Source of the DNA: a virus
Taxonomy: Duplodnaviria; Caudoviricetes
Direction: 5' to 3' (one strand)
IMG/VR virus record: IMGVR_UViG_3300027586_000024
Coordinates: 1 to 33,742 of that record
Length of the DNA stretch: 33,742 nt
Shown here: positions 1-10,400 of the stretch, one piece after another
How positions within the stretch are numbered: the first letter of the stretch is position 1
Layout of the letters: every line of letters starts with the position of its first letter
Translations under genes and position numbers: made by a program
The notes under the pieces: model-generated
Told to the model about the DNA's origin: nothing
The model's database searches: none
Seen by the model: the letters and a program-made list of their open reading frames with translations, nothing else

Positions 1-232
1 ATTGCTGCCCTGGATCTTTTTCTCTTTTTCTTCTTACTGCAGATGCTACTTCACCTTTACTCATACTTGCTAATTTATCTCGTGAGAAACACTTAGGAGT
101 TTTGGTTTCACCAGGTTCATTAGCACATGGAGACCCATCTGATTGTACCCAACCAGGTTTTCCATCCTTTGATTTAGACTTACCAAACCAATCACGAAGA
201 CCTTCTTCATTTACAACATCTTCATATGCCAT
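1..232 (-). CDS. Hypothetical protein, runs off the left window edge (MAYEDVVNEEGLRDWFGKSKSKDGKPGWVQSDGSPCANEPGETKTPKCFS...)
   Basis: Manually translated open frame from ATG at 232 to window edge; late-promoter-like AATAAATA at 262-269 upstream; position between gp16 and the expected gp17, where cyanomyoviruses carry basic hypotheticals. Confidence 0.75.
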   Translation of the reverse strand, partial: MAYEDVVNEEGLRDWFGKSKSKDGKPGWVQSDGSPCANEPGETKTPKCFSRDKLASMSKGEVASAVRRKREKDPGQQ

Positions 233-239
233 TTGGATT

Positions 240-305
240 TCAGTAATCAATATCTTTTTTATATTTATTAGTCCACTCTTCTCTAAACTGTTTGAATGTC
301 TTCAT
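240..305 (-). pseudogene. Truncated small ORF MKTFKQFREEWTNKYKKDIDY*(NPNG)
   Basis: ATG overlaps the gp16 3' end; MKTFKQF-E start typical of T4-like head-associated small proteins; premature TGA followed by NPNG, which resembles recalled homologs continuing IDCSNPKG. Confidence 0.45.
262..269 (-). promoter_or_regulatory. T4-type late promoter-like motif (AATAAATA)
   Basis: ATAAATA core ~30 nt upstream of ATG at 232. Confidence 0.5.
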
Positions 306-732
306 TATCTAGTTGTTGTTGCTTTAAAAGCTTTGCTAGTTCTGCAGTTGATCCTACAAAAAGTGCATTATTAACTGTGGTTGGACCTTTTGGTTTGTCA
401 TCGTCAATATCTTTTACTTTCTTTTGAAGATCTAATAGTTTATCTGTAATGTCACCTACACTTTTAATGAGTTGTCCAGCAACTTCATATGCACGGGGCA
501 TCTCAGATTCTTGTGCTAATTCAAGAATTCCATTAATTGCTTCTTGTCCTTTTTCTATTAAAGAATATAAATTTCCTCTAGTATAATCGTAATCTTTTTT
601 AACATCATCTACTACTAGTGCAACTTTCTCTATTTTTTCTGTTATTGTTTCAGATTTCACATCTATAGAAATTATATCACCATCTACATTAAAAGTTTCA
701 TTGAGTTTATCAAATTTTTTTGTCATTTTCAT
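283..732 (-). CDS. gp16: Terminase small subunit
   Basis: DYDYTRGNLYSLIEKGQEAINGILELAQESEMPRAYEVAGQLIK and NNALFVGSTAELAKLLK motifs of T4-like gp16; follows gp15 with ATGA overlap. Confidence 0.92.
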   Translation of the reverse strand: MKMTKKFDKLNETFNVDGDIISIDVKSETITEKIEKVALVVDDVKKDYDYTRGNLYSLIEKGQEAINGILELAQESEMPRAYEVAGQLIKSVGDITDKLLDLQKKVKDIDDDKPKGPTTVNNALFVGSTAELAKLLKQQQLDNEDIQTV

Positions 733-1727
733 TCTATAGATCCACTAAATCCAAAATCATCACCCTCTTCAATTAACAAGTCATCTTCTGTAGTAATTGA
801 TTTAGCTTGTGCTCCAGAAAGATGTGATGTAATTGGTGTCCCATCTTTACCTCTTTCAACTGTAAGAACGTTTCCAGTTACGAGTGTTACATATACTTCT
901 TCTCCTTCAATTTCCAAATACACACCCTTAACAATAGATGCTGCACTGTTGACTGTAATTAAAGTATCTTCTTTAGTAATATCCTTTGACAAAGTAGTTA
1001 GTACTGTACCAGTGTAATTTTTAATAGATCTTGGTAATGTTGTGTAAATAACATCTCTTGTCGTGCTTTTACTATCTCCAGAAACATATCCAACAGAAGT
1101 TTTTTTGATAACATCTTTTGTTGCAGAAGAAATAGGACCAAAGAGATAAGTTTTAGCAGTAAACCTTAATGTGTAAATAAGAACTCTTCGTGTAGTAAAG
1201 TTACCTTCATAATCATCCTGCATCGTAATATTTTCAAGAACTACAGGAACGTCTCTTTTTTCATTAATAATATCTACCAACTCAAGTGTCATTGAATATG
1301 ATGGTTGAAAATATGGTAAAATTTGCTCAATAATTTGAAGTGCATCATCATTCAATTTGGACATAATGCTTAACTCAAACTGCATATTGTATGGAACTGG
1401 AAGATATGCTTTTTTAGTTTCAGTTCCGTCAGTTGAAGATTTTACAAGAAAAGTTTGTGTTGTTGTAGATTTGCGAGTTGGATCATAAGTTAATCCAGTA
1501 AATTCAAATGACATTCTTGGTAATGTAATTTGAACCGGTTTACTTAAATCTGGAGATTGCTCCAATCTTGCAAGAAATTTCTGTGTAGGTCCATATGCAA
1601 GTGGAACTTTAATTACACTTTTCACATTATCAGAATTATCTGTATGCTTAATGTTAATTTCGTTAAATAAAGAACCAAAAGAAACTACAGTTCTTCTTAA
1701 AATTTCGTGATAGAAATATTCAAACAT
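729..1727 (-). CDS. gp15: Tail sheath stabilizer / tail terminator protein, with an extra ~70 aa beta domain near the C-terminus
   Basis: YFYHEILRRTVVSFGSLFN, KVPLAYGP, LPRMSFE, PVPYN, QIIEQILPYFQP motifs; gp13-14-15-16 synteny. Confidence 0.93.
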   Translation of the reverse strand: MFEYFYHEILRRTVVSFGSLFNEINIKHTDNSDNVKSVIKVPLAYGPTQKFLARLEQSPDLSKPVQITLPRMSFEFTGLTYDPTRKSTTTQTFLVKSSTDGTETKKAYLPVPYNMQFELSIMSKLNDDALQIIEQILPYFQPSYSMTLELVDIINEKRDVPVVLENITMQDDYEGNFTTRRVLIYTLRFTAKTYLFGPISSATKDVIKKTSVGYVSGDSKSTTRDVIYTTLPRSIKNYTGTVLTTLSKDITKEDTLITVNSAASIVKGVYLEIEGEEVYVTLVTGNVLTVERGKDGTPITSHLSGAQAKSITTEDDLLIEEGDDFGFSGSIE

Positions 1728-1769
1728 TTTTTAAGTTCCGATGCTATTGGTTACCCAAGTTATAACTAA

Positions 1770-1777
1770 TATTTATA
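1770..1777 (-). promoter_or_regulatory. T4 late promoter TATAAATA for gp15
   Basis: Exact T4 gp55 consensus in the gp14-gp15 intergenic gap. Confidence 0.8.
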
Positions 1778-3190
1778 CTATGGCATTCCGAATGGATTAG
1801 TGCTACTAAAATCAATAATATCTTCTGCCTCTGTTTCTATATCACTATTATCAGAATATCCATCTTCAATTGCAAAAATATCAATAGATCTAAGTTTTCT
1901 TGAAGCACTTGATGCGGTTCCAACAATGGATTCTCCTGGTGTAAATGATCCAGAAACTGTTGCAACTTCTAATACATTAGTTATAACATTCCAAGATCTA
2001 ACTCTTGCAGTTGTTCCACTTGTAGAACCTGTCACAATTTCGTTAAAGACAAAAGTTCCAACACCAACAATTTGTGGTGGGTTCTCAATAGTAATAATTG
2101 GTGATGTAGTATATCCTAATCCAGCATTTGTAATTCTAATTTGAGTAATTGTTCCTGCTGCACTTACTATAGCAGTCGCAGCAGCAGATACTGTTGCAAT
2201 ACCAGTAAATGTAATTGTAGGAATGCCAACATATCCACCACCACCATTTGTTATAGTAATTATTCCAACAACACCATTTCCAATAGTTGTTGTAGCAGCT
2301 GCTCCAACTCCATCTCCAAAAAACAATACTTTAGGAGCAACCGTATACCCTGCACCAGGATTAATAACTTCTACTGATTGAACTGATTTTGCTTTTGGGT
2401 CTATATTATCCGCACAAACAACAATTCCACCAATCATTGTTACAGATCCAATGCCAGTCACTCCTCCAGAAGGTGCTGAAGATATCGAAACTCGTGGTGC
2501 ATGTGTATATCCACCACCTCTGTTTGTAACAGTAAAGAATCTTATACCACCATTTACAATTGTGATAATAGCAGTTGCTGTTACTCCAGCACCTATCATA
2601 TTCAGTTTTTGTGTTCTGCCAAGAGAAATTGTTGAGATGCCACTTTCAGAACTCCCAGAAAGAACATTATCAATGAAATCAATCCCAGTGTCAATAACTT
2701 CATCTTCATACCTAAACAGTTCACATTTTAAAGTATAAACATAATTTGTTTGAAGTTGATAAAAGGGTTGCTCATGTTCAACAAATTTAATTTCAAATAA
2801 TCTATCACCAAGAGGAAAATAAATTAAATCTCCTTCTTTAGGTCTTGTAGATAACTTAATATTTGCATGATCTTTAATTAGGGGTGTTATGTACTCTTCA
2901 AATCTTTCTTTTGATATTACAATTGTTAGTTCATTAAGTGCTTGAATACCAAACTTTGATAAGATTGTGGTATTATCACCATATCCATCAAAGTTTTCAA
3001 CATATGCTTCAATTGGATATGAACGATCAAATGCGGATTCAATAACCTCCCGCATTATAGTTTTTTCTGTTATATATTTTCTTGGAAGATAATGAACTTC
3101 AACACCATACATTCGCAGTTGTTCATTTATAAGGTCTTGAATTAGACCTTGTTCTGATTTAGATCCTTGAAGAAAAAATGGGTTAAGCAT
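1778..3190 (-). CDS. gp14: Neck protein with inserted NxGxGY repeat domains
   Basis: MLNPFF..EQGLIQDLINEQLRMYG, RPKEGDLIYFPL, FEIKFVEHEQPFYQL, LKCELF, C-terminal IIDFS..NPFG motifs. Confidence 0.93.
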   Translation of the reverse strand: MLNPFFLQGSKSEQGLIQDLINEQLRMYGVEVHYLPRKYITEKTIMREVIESAFDRSYPIEAYVENFDGYGDNTTILSKFGIQALNELTIVISKERFEEYITPLIKDHANIKLSTRPKEGDLIYFPLGDRLFEIKFVEHEQPFYQLQTNYVYTLKCELFRYEDEVIDTGIDFIDNVLSGSSESGISTISLGRTQKLNMIGAGVTATAIITIVNGGIRFFTVTNRGGGYTHAPRVSISSAPSGGVTGIGSVTMIGGIVVCADNIDPKAKSVQSVEVINPGAGYTVAPKVLFFGDGVGAAATTTIGNGVVGIITITNGGGGYVGIPTITFTGIATVSAAATAIVSAAGTITQIRITNAGLGYTTSPIITIENPPQIVGVGTFVFNEIVTGSTSGTTARVRSWNVITNVLEVATVSGSFTPGESIVGTASSASRKLRSIDIFAIEDGYSDNSDIETEAEDIIDFSSTNPFGMP

Positions 3191-3193
3191 AGT

Positions 3194-4039
3194 TTAACCA
3201 ATCATATCGTATGGTGGAAGTTCATACGTATTGGACATTTTTTCCATAAGCATATCCAATTCCTTCTGTGCATCATCATACATTTGTCTTCCATTTAATT
3301 CAACTCCACCAGGAAGTTTAACTCCAGTAAACTTCATCATATTTTGTCCCCACTGACGTTTGATCAATGAAGTTAGGTATGGTTTAATAAAGGAATCATT
3401 ATAAACTCTAGCATAATCATTTGGATCTAATGTTGAATAACAATCGATAACAAAATAATCATTTTCTTTTATAACCCCCCAATCAATATCCAAATATAAT
3501 CTTTCTTGTCTTTTATTAAATCGAATTTGTTTTTGTGTATTTAGAAGAAAATCTAAATCTTCCAAATATGTTTTAACCATTGAATAATTTAAGAGCTCTG
3601 TAGCTCCTAAAAAATAAATGTCATTTAAGAACATTTGATATTTGATACTAAACATACCTCTTGAAGTATTAGCTCCATCAAATGTAAAAATTTTATTTAC
3701 ACCAATAACATTAGGAGGAAGTTGAATATAATTACTATTTTCTGTATATGAAAAAGTTGTTGCTGTTCCAACAATACTTGTTGTTACAGTAGTTGTTGCA
3801 ATTCCAACGACATTATTAGATCCTACTACTGCTGTACCACGAGAAATATCTGCTGCTGTTGTTTTATATTTAAAAAAAGCAGGATAAACTCCATCAAAAT
3901 GTCTTTCTTGAAAAAATTGAATTGCATCATCAACCAAATCATCAATCTGTTCATCTGCAACATTAATTTCAAGTACAGGCGCGCCTAGTTTTCTTTTACA
4001 GTAATCTATAAGTTCCTGTCTAGTTGATGGTTGCGCCAT
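3194..4039 (-). CDS. gp13: Neck protein / head completion adaptor
   Basis: ELIDYCKRKLGAPVLEINV, ERHFDG, IKRQWGQNMMKFTGVKLPGGVELNG motifs. Confidence 0.94.
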   Translation of the reverse strand: MAQPSTRQELIDYCKRKLGAPVLEINVADEQIDDLVDDAIQFFQERHFDGVYPAFFKYKTTAADISRGTAVVGSNNVVGIATTTVTTSIVGTATTFSYTENSNYIQLPPNVIGVNKIFTFDGANTSRGMFSIKYQMFLNDIYFLGATELLNYSMVKTYLEDLDFLLNTQKQIRFNKRQERLYLDIDWGVIKENDYFVIDCYSTLDPNDYARVYNDSFIKPYLTSLIKRQWGQNMMKFTGVKLPGGVELNGRQMYDDAQKELDMLMEKMSNTYELPPYDMIG

Positions 4040-4059
4040 TTACTATTTTCCTTTAGAAA

Positions 4060-4067
4060 TATTTATG
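4060..4067 (-). promoter_or_regulatory. Late promoter-like CATAAATA for gp13
   Basis: ATAAATA core ~20 nt upstream of gp13 ATG. Confidence 0.65.
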
Positions 4068-4068
4068 A

Positions 4069-4242
4069 TTAAAGTATTGGAAACTTTGCAAGAACTTCTT
4101 GCTGCTTAAGATACAGTTTAAAATAACATTTTGCAAGATTTCTAAGATCTTCAACATTATTAATAGTATCTATTTGACTGGTAAACTTAATGTATTCAAA
4201 ACTTTTGTTTAAGTTTTCAAGAGTTATGTCATCAGGATTCAT
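4069..4242 (-). CDS. 57 aa two-helix protein, possibly NblA-like (not in ORF track): MNPDDITLENLNKSFEYIKFTSQIDTINNVEDLRNLAKCYFKLYLKQQEVLAKFPIL
   Basis: Manually translated; fills the gap between the 77 aa ORF (11 nt overlap) and the gp13 promoter; size and hydrophobic pattern resemble NblA. ORF is well supported, function is tentative. Confidence 0.7.
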   Translation of the reverse strand: MNPDDITLENLNKSFEYIKFTSQIDTINNVEDLRNLAKCYFKLYLKQQEVLAKFPIL

Positions 4243-4465
4243 TAATTAACCTCCTAAGTAAAAATTTAATTTCATTCAGATCTTCTTTCATATTAGCAAC
4301 ATCAGATTCAAGATTTTGTACTTTTTCAGTCTCTTTTAATTTAGAGTCCCTCCTAGAAATGTATCCGTTGTATTCAGACATATTAGTGTTAATGATAGAA
4401 TTTGTTTTGGGATCTCGGAGTAAGTTATCATGTCCCTTCACTTTAATATAGTCCATATTAGGCAA
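4232..4465 (-). CDS. Conserved hypothetical protein with C-terminal coiled coil
   Basis: YIKVKGHDNLLRDPKTNSIINTN motif, typical gene directly downstream of the DUF4815 protein in T4-like cyanophages; overlaps both neighbours. Confidence 0.8.
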   Translation of the reverse strand: MPNMDYIKVKGHDNLLRDPKTNSIINTNMSEYNGYISRRDSKLKETEKVQNLESDVANMKEDLNEIKFLLRRLINES

Positions 4466-7400
4466 GTGTAATCACTCTCAGATTTCTTACTCTAGGAACA
4501 TAAACTTGGTTAGTTGATGTCATAATAAGTTTAATCCTATATGATCTAAATGGTGCTTGTATATTTGCAGTAAAGGTGCGTTCTTTATAATCTAATTCTG
4601 GGGAAGCAAATCCGATAGAGTTTGATAAAGAAACAAATTTATCAGATGAACCATCGCTATCTTTAATATCAATAATTTCTCCTTCTGCATTAATATTTTT
4701 ATATCCAGGAAATGGAATAAAGATTGGATTAAAATTGTTATTTTCACTAACTGCATAAAATGCACGAATGTCATGATAAAGATTTATATAAGCATCTAAT
4801 ATGATTTTAATAGAAGATGCTGGACTTTCTAAAGTAATTTCTTTTGAAATATATTGACATGCCGATGGATCTGGATCTATTGAATTTACTCTTGCATCGG
4901 TTGCATAGTTACTAATTGCACTATTTACTCTATTTGAAGTTAAAATTGCACTAATTCTTTGAGTGTCTAAAACCGGTGAAACTTTTGAATTAACAGTGTC
5001 AAGTCTTAATCTCATATTTATTGACCTATTACCCTTTAAATTGGATAATTTATTGCTTTCATTTACTTTTGATGCAATAATTCTTGTACTGCTTAAATAA
5101 TTAGGAATATTAATTGTGATTGGTTCAAATCCATTATTACGGAACGAAACTTCATCTCCACTAATACTAGAACCAGTAATAGTTCTTACTTCAGCACTTA
5201 ATGAAGTGCCTTGCACAGTTACATTATGAACCATTGGGGTAATAATTTCAAATGGCATATTTTGTGTTGCTGCAATATTATTTCCACCAGTTGATTTTGT
5301 TTGATTTGCATAAAGAACTGGGAAACTAGTTCCGACACTTCTATTAACACCATCAATAGATCCGTCAATTTTAATATCATAAGAATCAAAAGTAATTGGA
5401 TTTGAAACGGTTACATTATTTAAATCATGTGTTTTATTAATTCTTCTCAAAGAAATTCCATTTATTTCATACTTATGTATTTGGGTTCCAATAGGATGTG
5501 TTTTTGGTGTGGATCCTTCTAACCCTCTGACAATGGTTCCAGAAATTGATGCTCCAGATACCAAAGTGTAAGAAATAATTTCATTACCAATGATTGCATA
5601 TCCAGGATTAGTAGTACCAACACCGACATTTTCAAAAGCAGAGAAAGCACTAGAGTCATCAACAGATATTGATCCCGTAAAATCTGCTGCCAATTGTGCA
5701 GTTAATTTAGTTGGATTAATGTCCGATTTTACATTAGAAATTGTAACTAAGTTATCCCTAGAATACATTCCATGATTTCTATGATCTACTTTAACGTGCA
5801 GTCCATCAGTTTCAGTAATTATTTCATTAACCAAAACAGTAGTTCCATTTAAATTTATTTCTCCAACGCCAGATTTAATGTATGTAATCGATTTACCAGC
5901 ACCAACAACAAACTCTCCTTGAACATTATCTAATATAATTTGATTAATGTCAATGACACTTTTAACTGATAATCTTGCATTTATACCAACATTTGTTGCT
6001 CCAATATTGGAAATTCCAAGCACATCTCCAATTTGATATCCAGTCCCCCCAGAAGTAATATCTGCATTAATTACCTTCCCCCCATTTATTAAAATTGAAC
6101 CAACTGCATTTCTACCACTACCAGTAATTGTTTGTAAACTAATTCCAGTAAAAAGTTGCTCACCAGACGATGGGGTATATCCAATGCCAGCATTAATTAT
6201 ATTTAATGTATCTGTTGCAGCTCCCGCGCTTCCTACATAATTACCAGATGCATTTGTTCCGGATTGTAAAACAGTATTTCCAAGAGTTAAAAAACCATCA
6301 GTAAGGTTTGCTCCTAAACTAAGCCTAATTTTTCTAGAAGTAAAGTTAAGTGAATTTGGCATCAATTGTGCAATTTGCTTGTTACCTCTAGAAAGTTCTG
6401 GACTATAAACTTCTACGGTTCCAGAATCTATAAAATCTGCACGATAAAGATTAAATTTAAGATCTTCCCACTGACTTGCTTCCCAAGTAGAGGCATTTTG
6501 AGATTTAAATAGTGATCCCAAATATGGTTGATTGGAAATAAATGATTGAGTTAAGAGATCAGTTTCTCCAATTCTAGAAATATAAACACTATATTTTGTA
6601 GAGTTTGATGCCAAACACATACAATATTCCTTACCACCTTCAAGATAGACGGGTGCTTTAAATCTTATTGGTGTAGCAATTGATCCATCACCAGATGTTT
6701 GAACCTGATTAGGTTCAATAACAACTTCTGAAAATGGAATAACATTTTGCGTTGGAAATCCATTTAGCATCGTTCTTAGTTGGAACGTTACTGGAATATC
6801 CATATCATCTTTAGATCTGAAGAAAACATCACACCTAGTTAAGAAAAGTCCAACTTCATCATCAATTAAAAATGATTGTGCAAGGGGATCATACCATCCA
6901 ATAATTCCTTGTCTTTGTGTTTGTGCAATAACTCTACTACCAACAACCTGAGTTCCGGTAGTTCGTGAAAGAGATCTTTCTTCAAATTCTTGTTTGTTTT
7001 CAATTCTAGCATTTCTAATTGATATAATATTTTCCTGAACAGTTTCTAAAATTCCACTTGATAAAAATCCTTCTTCAGCAATTGTTGAAGCAAGATTCTG
7101 ATCGTTTAGGTCATTATTCACTAATGTAAAAGTTTTATTTCCTGCTTGAAATCTAGGATGAATACCTATATTGGGATTTGGAATGAAGAAACTTCCTATT
7201 AACGTTGATGATACATCTGGAATAAGTTTTATATTTGTAATTATAGCTTGAGCTCCACTCGTTTGCCCAACAAGCTCCATTCCGGATTCTACATATCCAC
7301 TGAAAGTTCCCTGAGGTTCATTTGATAAAGAGAAAGTATCAACGTTTAAAATATTTGATGTTGAAGAATAGTTTGGTTGTAATGTTTGATTTGTATATGG

Positions 7401-10400
7401 ATTTTGTGAAAATGTTGTGTTTGGAGAATTATATGGACCTTCTTTATGATTTGATTGCGATACTCTAAATCTTATTTCTACAGGTGAAGATGAAATCGGT
7501 CCTAATCCAGTAGATCCAACTTTTCCAACCACAGTTTCTCCAACTTGAAATACACCAGAAAGCATATTGATTTCTAATAATTTAGGAACACAATACTTCG
7601 TTACATCAATGTTATCAAAGAATGCATAAATTTGAGTAAGTGGCTTTAATTTTTTACTAATAAATTGAATATTACGAGATCTCATAGACGCAATAACATC
7701 TCTACTTACGGTTCTATCACCAACAGATGTTGTATCAAATTGTTCAGTAATTATTGTTCTAACACCAGATCTGTTTGATATTCCAGTATCCTTAACTTCT
7801 CTAAGTGTTTCTTCAATAGTAGTTGAGGCATCTACTGTACCAAAAGTTGGTCGTGGTACACCGTCATTACCCCAATCAGGTTTTGGAACATCTGCTGGTC
7901 CAACATTATTAACTGTTGTTCTTGTTGTTTCTGTAATTTCTTGTCCTATCCAATTATCAACCCAAGAATTCCAAGTTGTAGGAGAAAACCCTGTTTGTGG
8001 GTCAACATTAAGAGTTCTTCCTACAAGGGCAAGAGTTTCTGCATAATTTCCTTGTGTATTGATAATTTTTGCTTCAGTTCTTACAGTATCTACCCAGGTA
8101 TCAGATGCCGGAGTTAATTCTAATGTACCTTGCCAAAAACTAATCAGAAAAGGAGTAACACTTTCCGATCTTGTTGCAAAAGTTTGTTGTAACCACAAAA
8201 CCTCCGCATAATCCAAAGTAATAATGTCACTAGTTTTTCTAACATTAACTCCTTCAACTGGAGAAAATGCTAGATCAAATGTTGGATCTACGTTTTGTAC
8301 TGGACCAAAACTCAAATCAACAGAACTCGTATAATGTGCTGGTCTTAATTCTTTATTTTTTCCATCTATACTATTTTTAATTTCAATACTAGTTTCTTGT
8401 GCTAATATTGTGGTAAAATTATCTACAAAAAATCCAGATTTAAATCTATTTAATCCTGCAGAATCTGGAACAAAGAGATTGGCAGTATTTGTTTCAAGCA
8501 AAGATAGTGAAGTATAATATTCTAAATTTTTAATTCTATTTTCAAGTTGTCTAATATCTACCGCTCGATATCTTTTATGTTCTAAAAATTGAAGAGATAT
8601 TTGTGACGTTGAATATGTATATGGTGGGAACGTAATAACGCCTATCTCAAGAGCGTCGTCCACAGAATCTGGTTTTTGGGGACTTTCTGCTGGAGTTCCA
8701 TATTTAACTATAAATTTTCCATCTTTTGTTAAGAAAATTCTATCAATTCTCCCCAGATAGAAAGAAAAATCAGTCAAAATTTGTTCATCTGATGCAAGAA
8801 TATTTGCTGCAGAGTTGCCAGAAGAATTGAAAGTTCTTCCTAAAAATTCAAAAGGTGACCTTGCATTCTCAGAAACTGTATAAGGAGAAACTCTTGGTCG
8901 GATATCAATAATATCTGATATACTGTTACTATCAACAACCGATAACTCAGATCCATAATCAAATGTGCTATATGAGTTTATTGTTGTAATATCACCATCA
9001 TCCGAAGAACCATAAAAACCACTTGTAAAATAAACTATTATTTTTTTATTCGGTTCCACTGCATTTGATTTTCTTTTAATTGTCCCATAATCATAAAAAG
9101 ATCCTTTTTGTCCAGATGAAAATGTATAGTTAAAAGAAATATTAAAACTTGATGAATCTAAAGCAACAATTACTGCTTGAATTTTAGATTCTCTAAAATA
9201 TACAGATTGTCCTTCTCTAAAAGTATTTTCATTTTTTGGAATAAAGGATATTTGTACTGCACTTAATCTTTCTGCAACAATACCAATAGGACCTCCACCT
9301 TCTCCTACAATTTCTTCTCCAATTATTAAATCAGAGGTTGTATTGGTTGGTCCATTAAGATTTGAAAAAACCATTTTTGGTGCAGAAGGATTCTCAGTAT
9401 CTGCTGATTCAAAAATACCATGAATTTCAATAACATCAGGTACATTTAATGAAATATTTTTGTCTTGTACTCTAGTTCCAAAAGCATAATTTCCATATGT
9501 AAGACCATCGTCCAATGTTGTTGCTCCAACACCAGACCCTGCATTTATTGATTTATTGATAATAACACTATTAACTCTATTTTTTATTTTTTGTTTTGCT
9601 TTTGGTTTAATTTTTCTTATGGTCGTTGTTAGTCTTGCTCCGGCATCGTTAGAACCCAAATTAAAAATTTGAAGTTCTGTCCCACCACTAAGAAACAAAA
9701 ACCTATCTGACGTTAACAGTTCGGTAGAACCATCAGATCTTATTAATGAATATCTTTCTTCATCAAAAGGTAAAAATGTTTCATTTTCTCCTGCAACAAC
9801 TGAAGAAGAAAGCTGATTAGATATAATATTGACATTAAAAGATTTTCTAATAGATAAAACAGCATTTGTTAATTCTACTGAAGAAATATTATTTTTTGGA
9901 AGTTTTGTATATAAAGTATTATCTGATGAAGATGCTAAATTAGTTCCCAATACTTTTAAATCTGAAACTGAAAGTAATGAAGTTGGAAATTCACCAACAC
10001 ATACTCCAGGAACCTCTGCAATTTCAATAGAAGGACCTAAAGGATCAATTACTCCACCAATTTGAATTGACGATTCTCCTACAGATATAACTTTTCCATA
10101 AAAAGGATCTACGGTACTTCCTGTTGCATAAGAAATTATATTGTCTTTTTTAATTGTTCCTGGAAACAATTTATTTGGTGATATTATATCATTTGTAAAT
10201 AATAAGTTGCTAAAATTTACTGGACTTCCTGTAATTAAAGAAGAAATAGTCGTGAATTCTAAAACAGTTCCAATTCCAATTGCAAAAGATACTGTACTCC
10301 CGGTTCCAATAGTAATAAATGTTGTACCTACACCGACAACAGACAATCCACGATTTATACGAGATATTATAATATTTGTACCAGCAATTAATGAAGAAAC

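Noticed and set aside
102-374. 90 aa plus-strand ORF
   Set aside because: Overlaps gp16 and the better minus-strand ORF at 1-232
1800-2738. Plus-strand ORFs opposite gp14, including a Cys-rich 78 aa ORF
   Set aside because: Antisense shadows of a conserved gene; Cys-richness arises from GCA/ACA codons read in reverse
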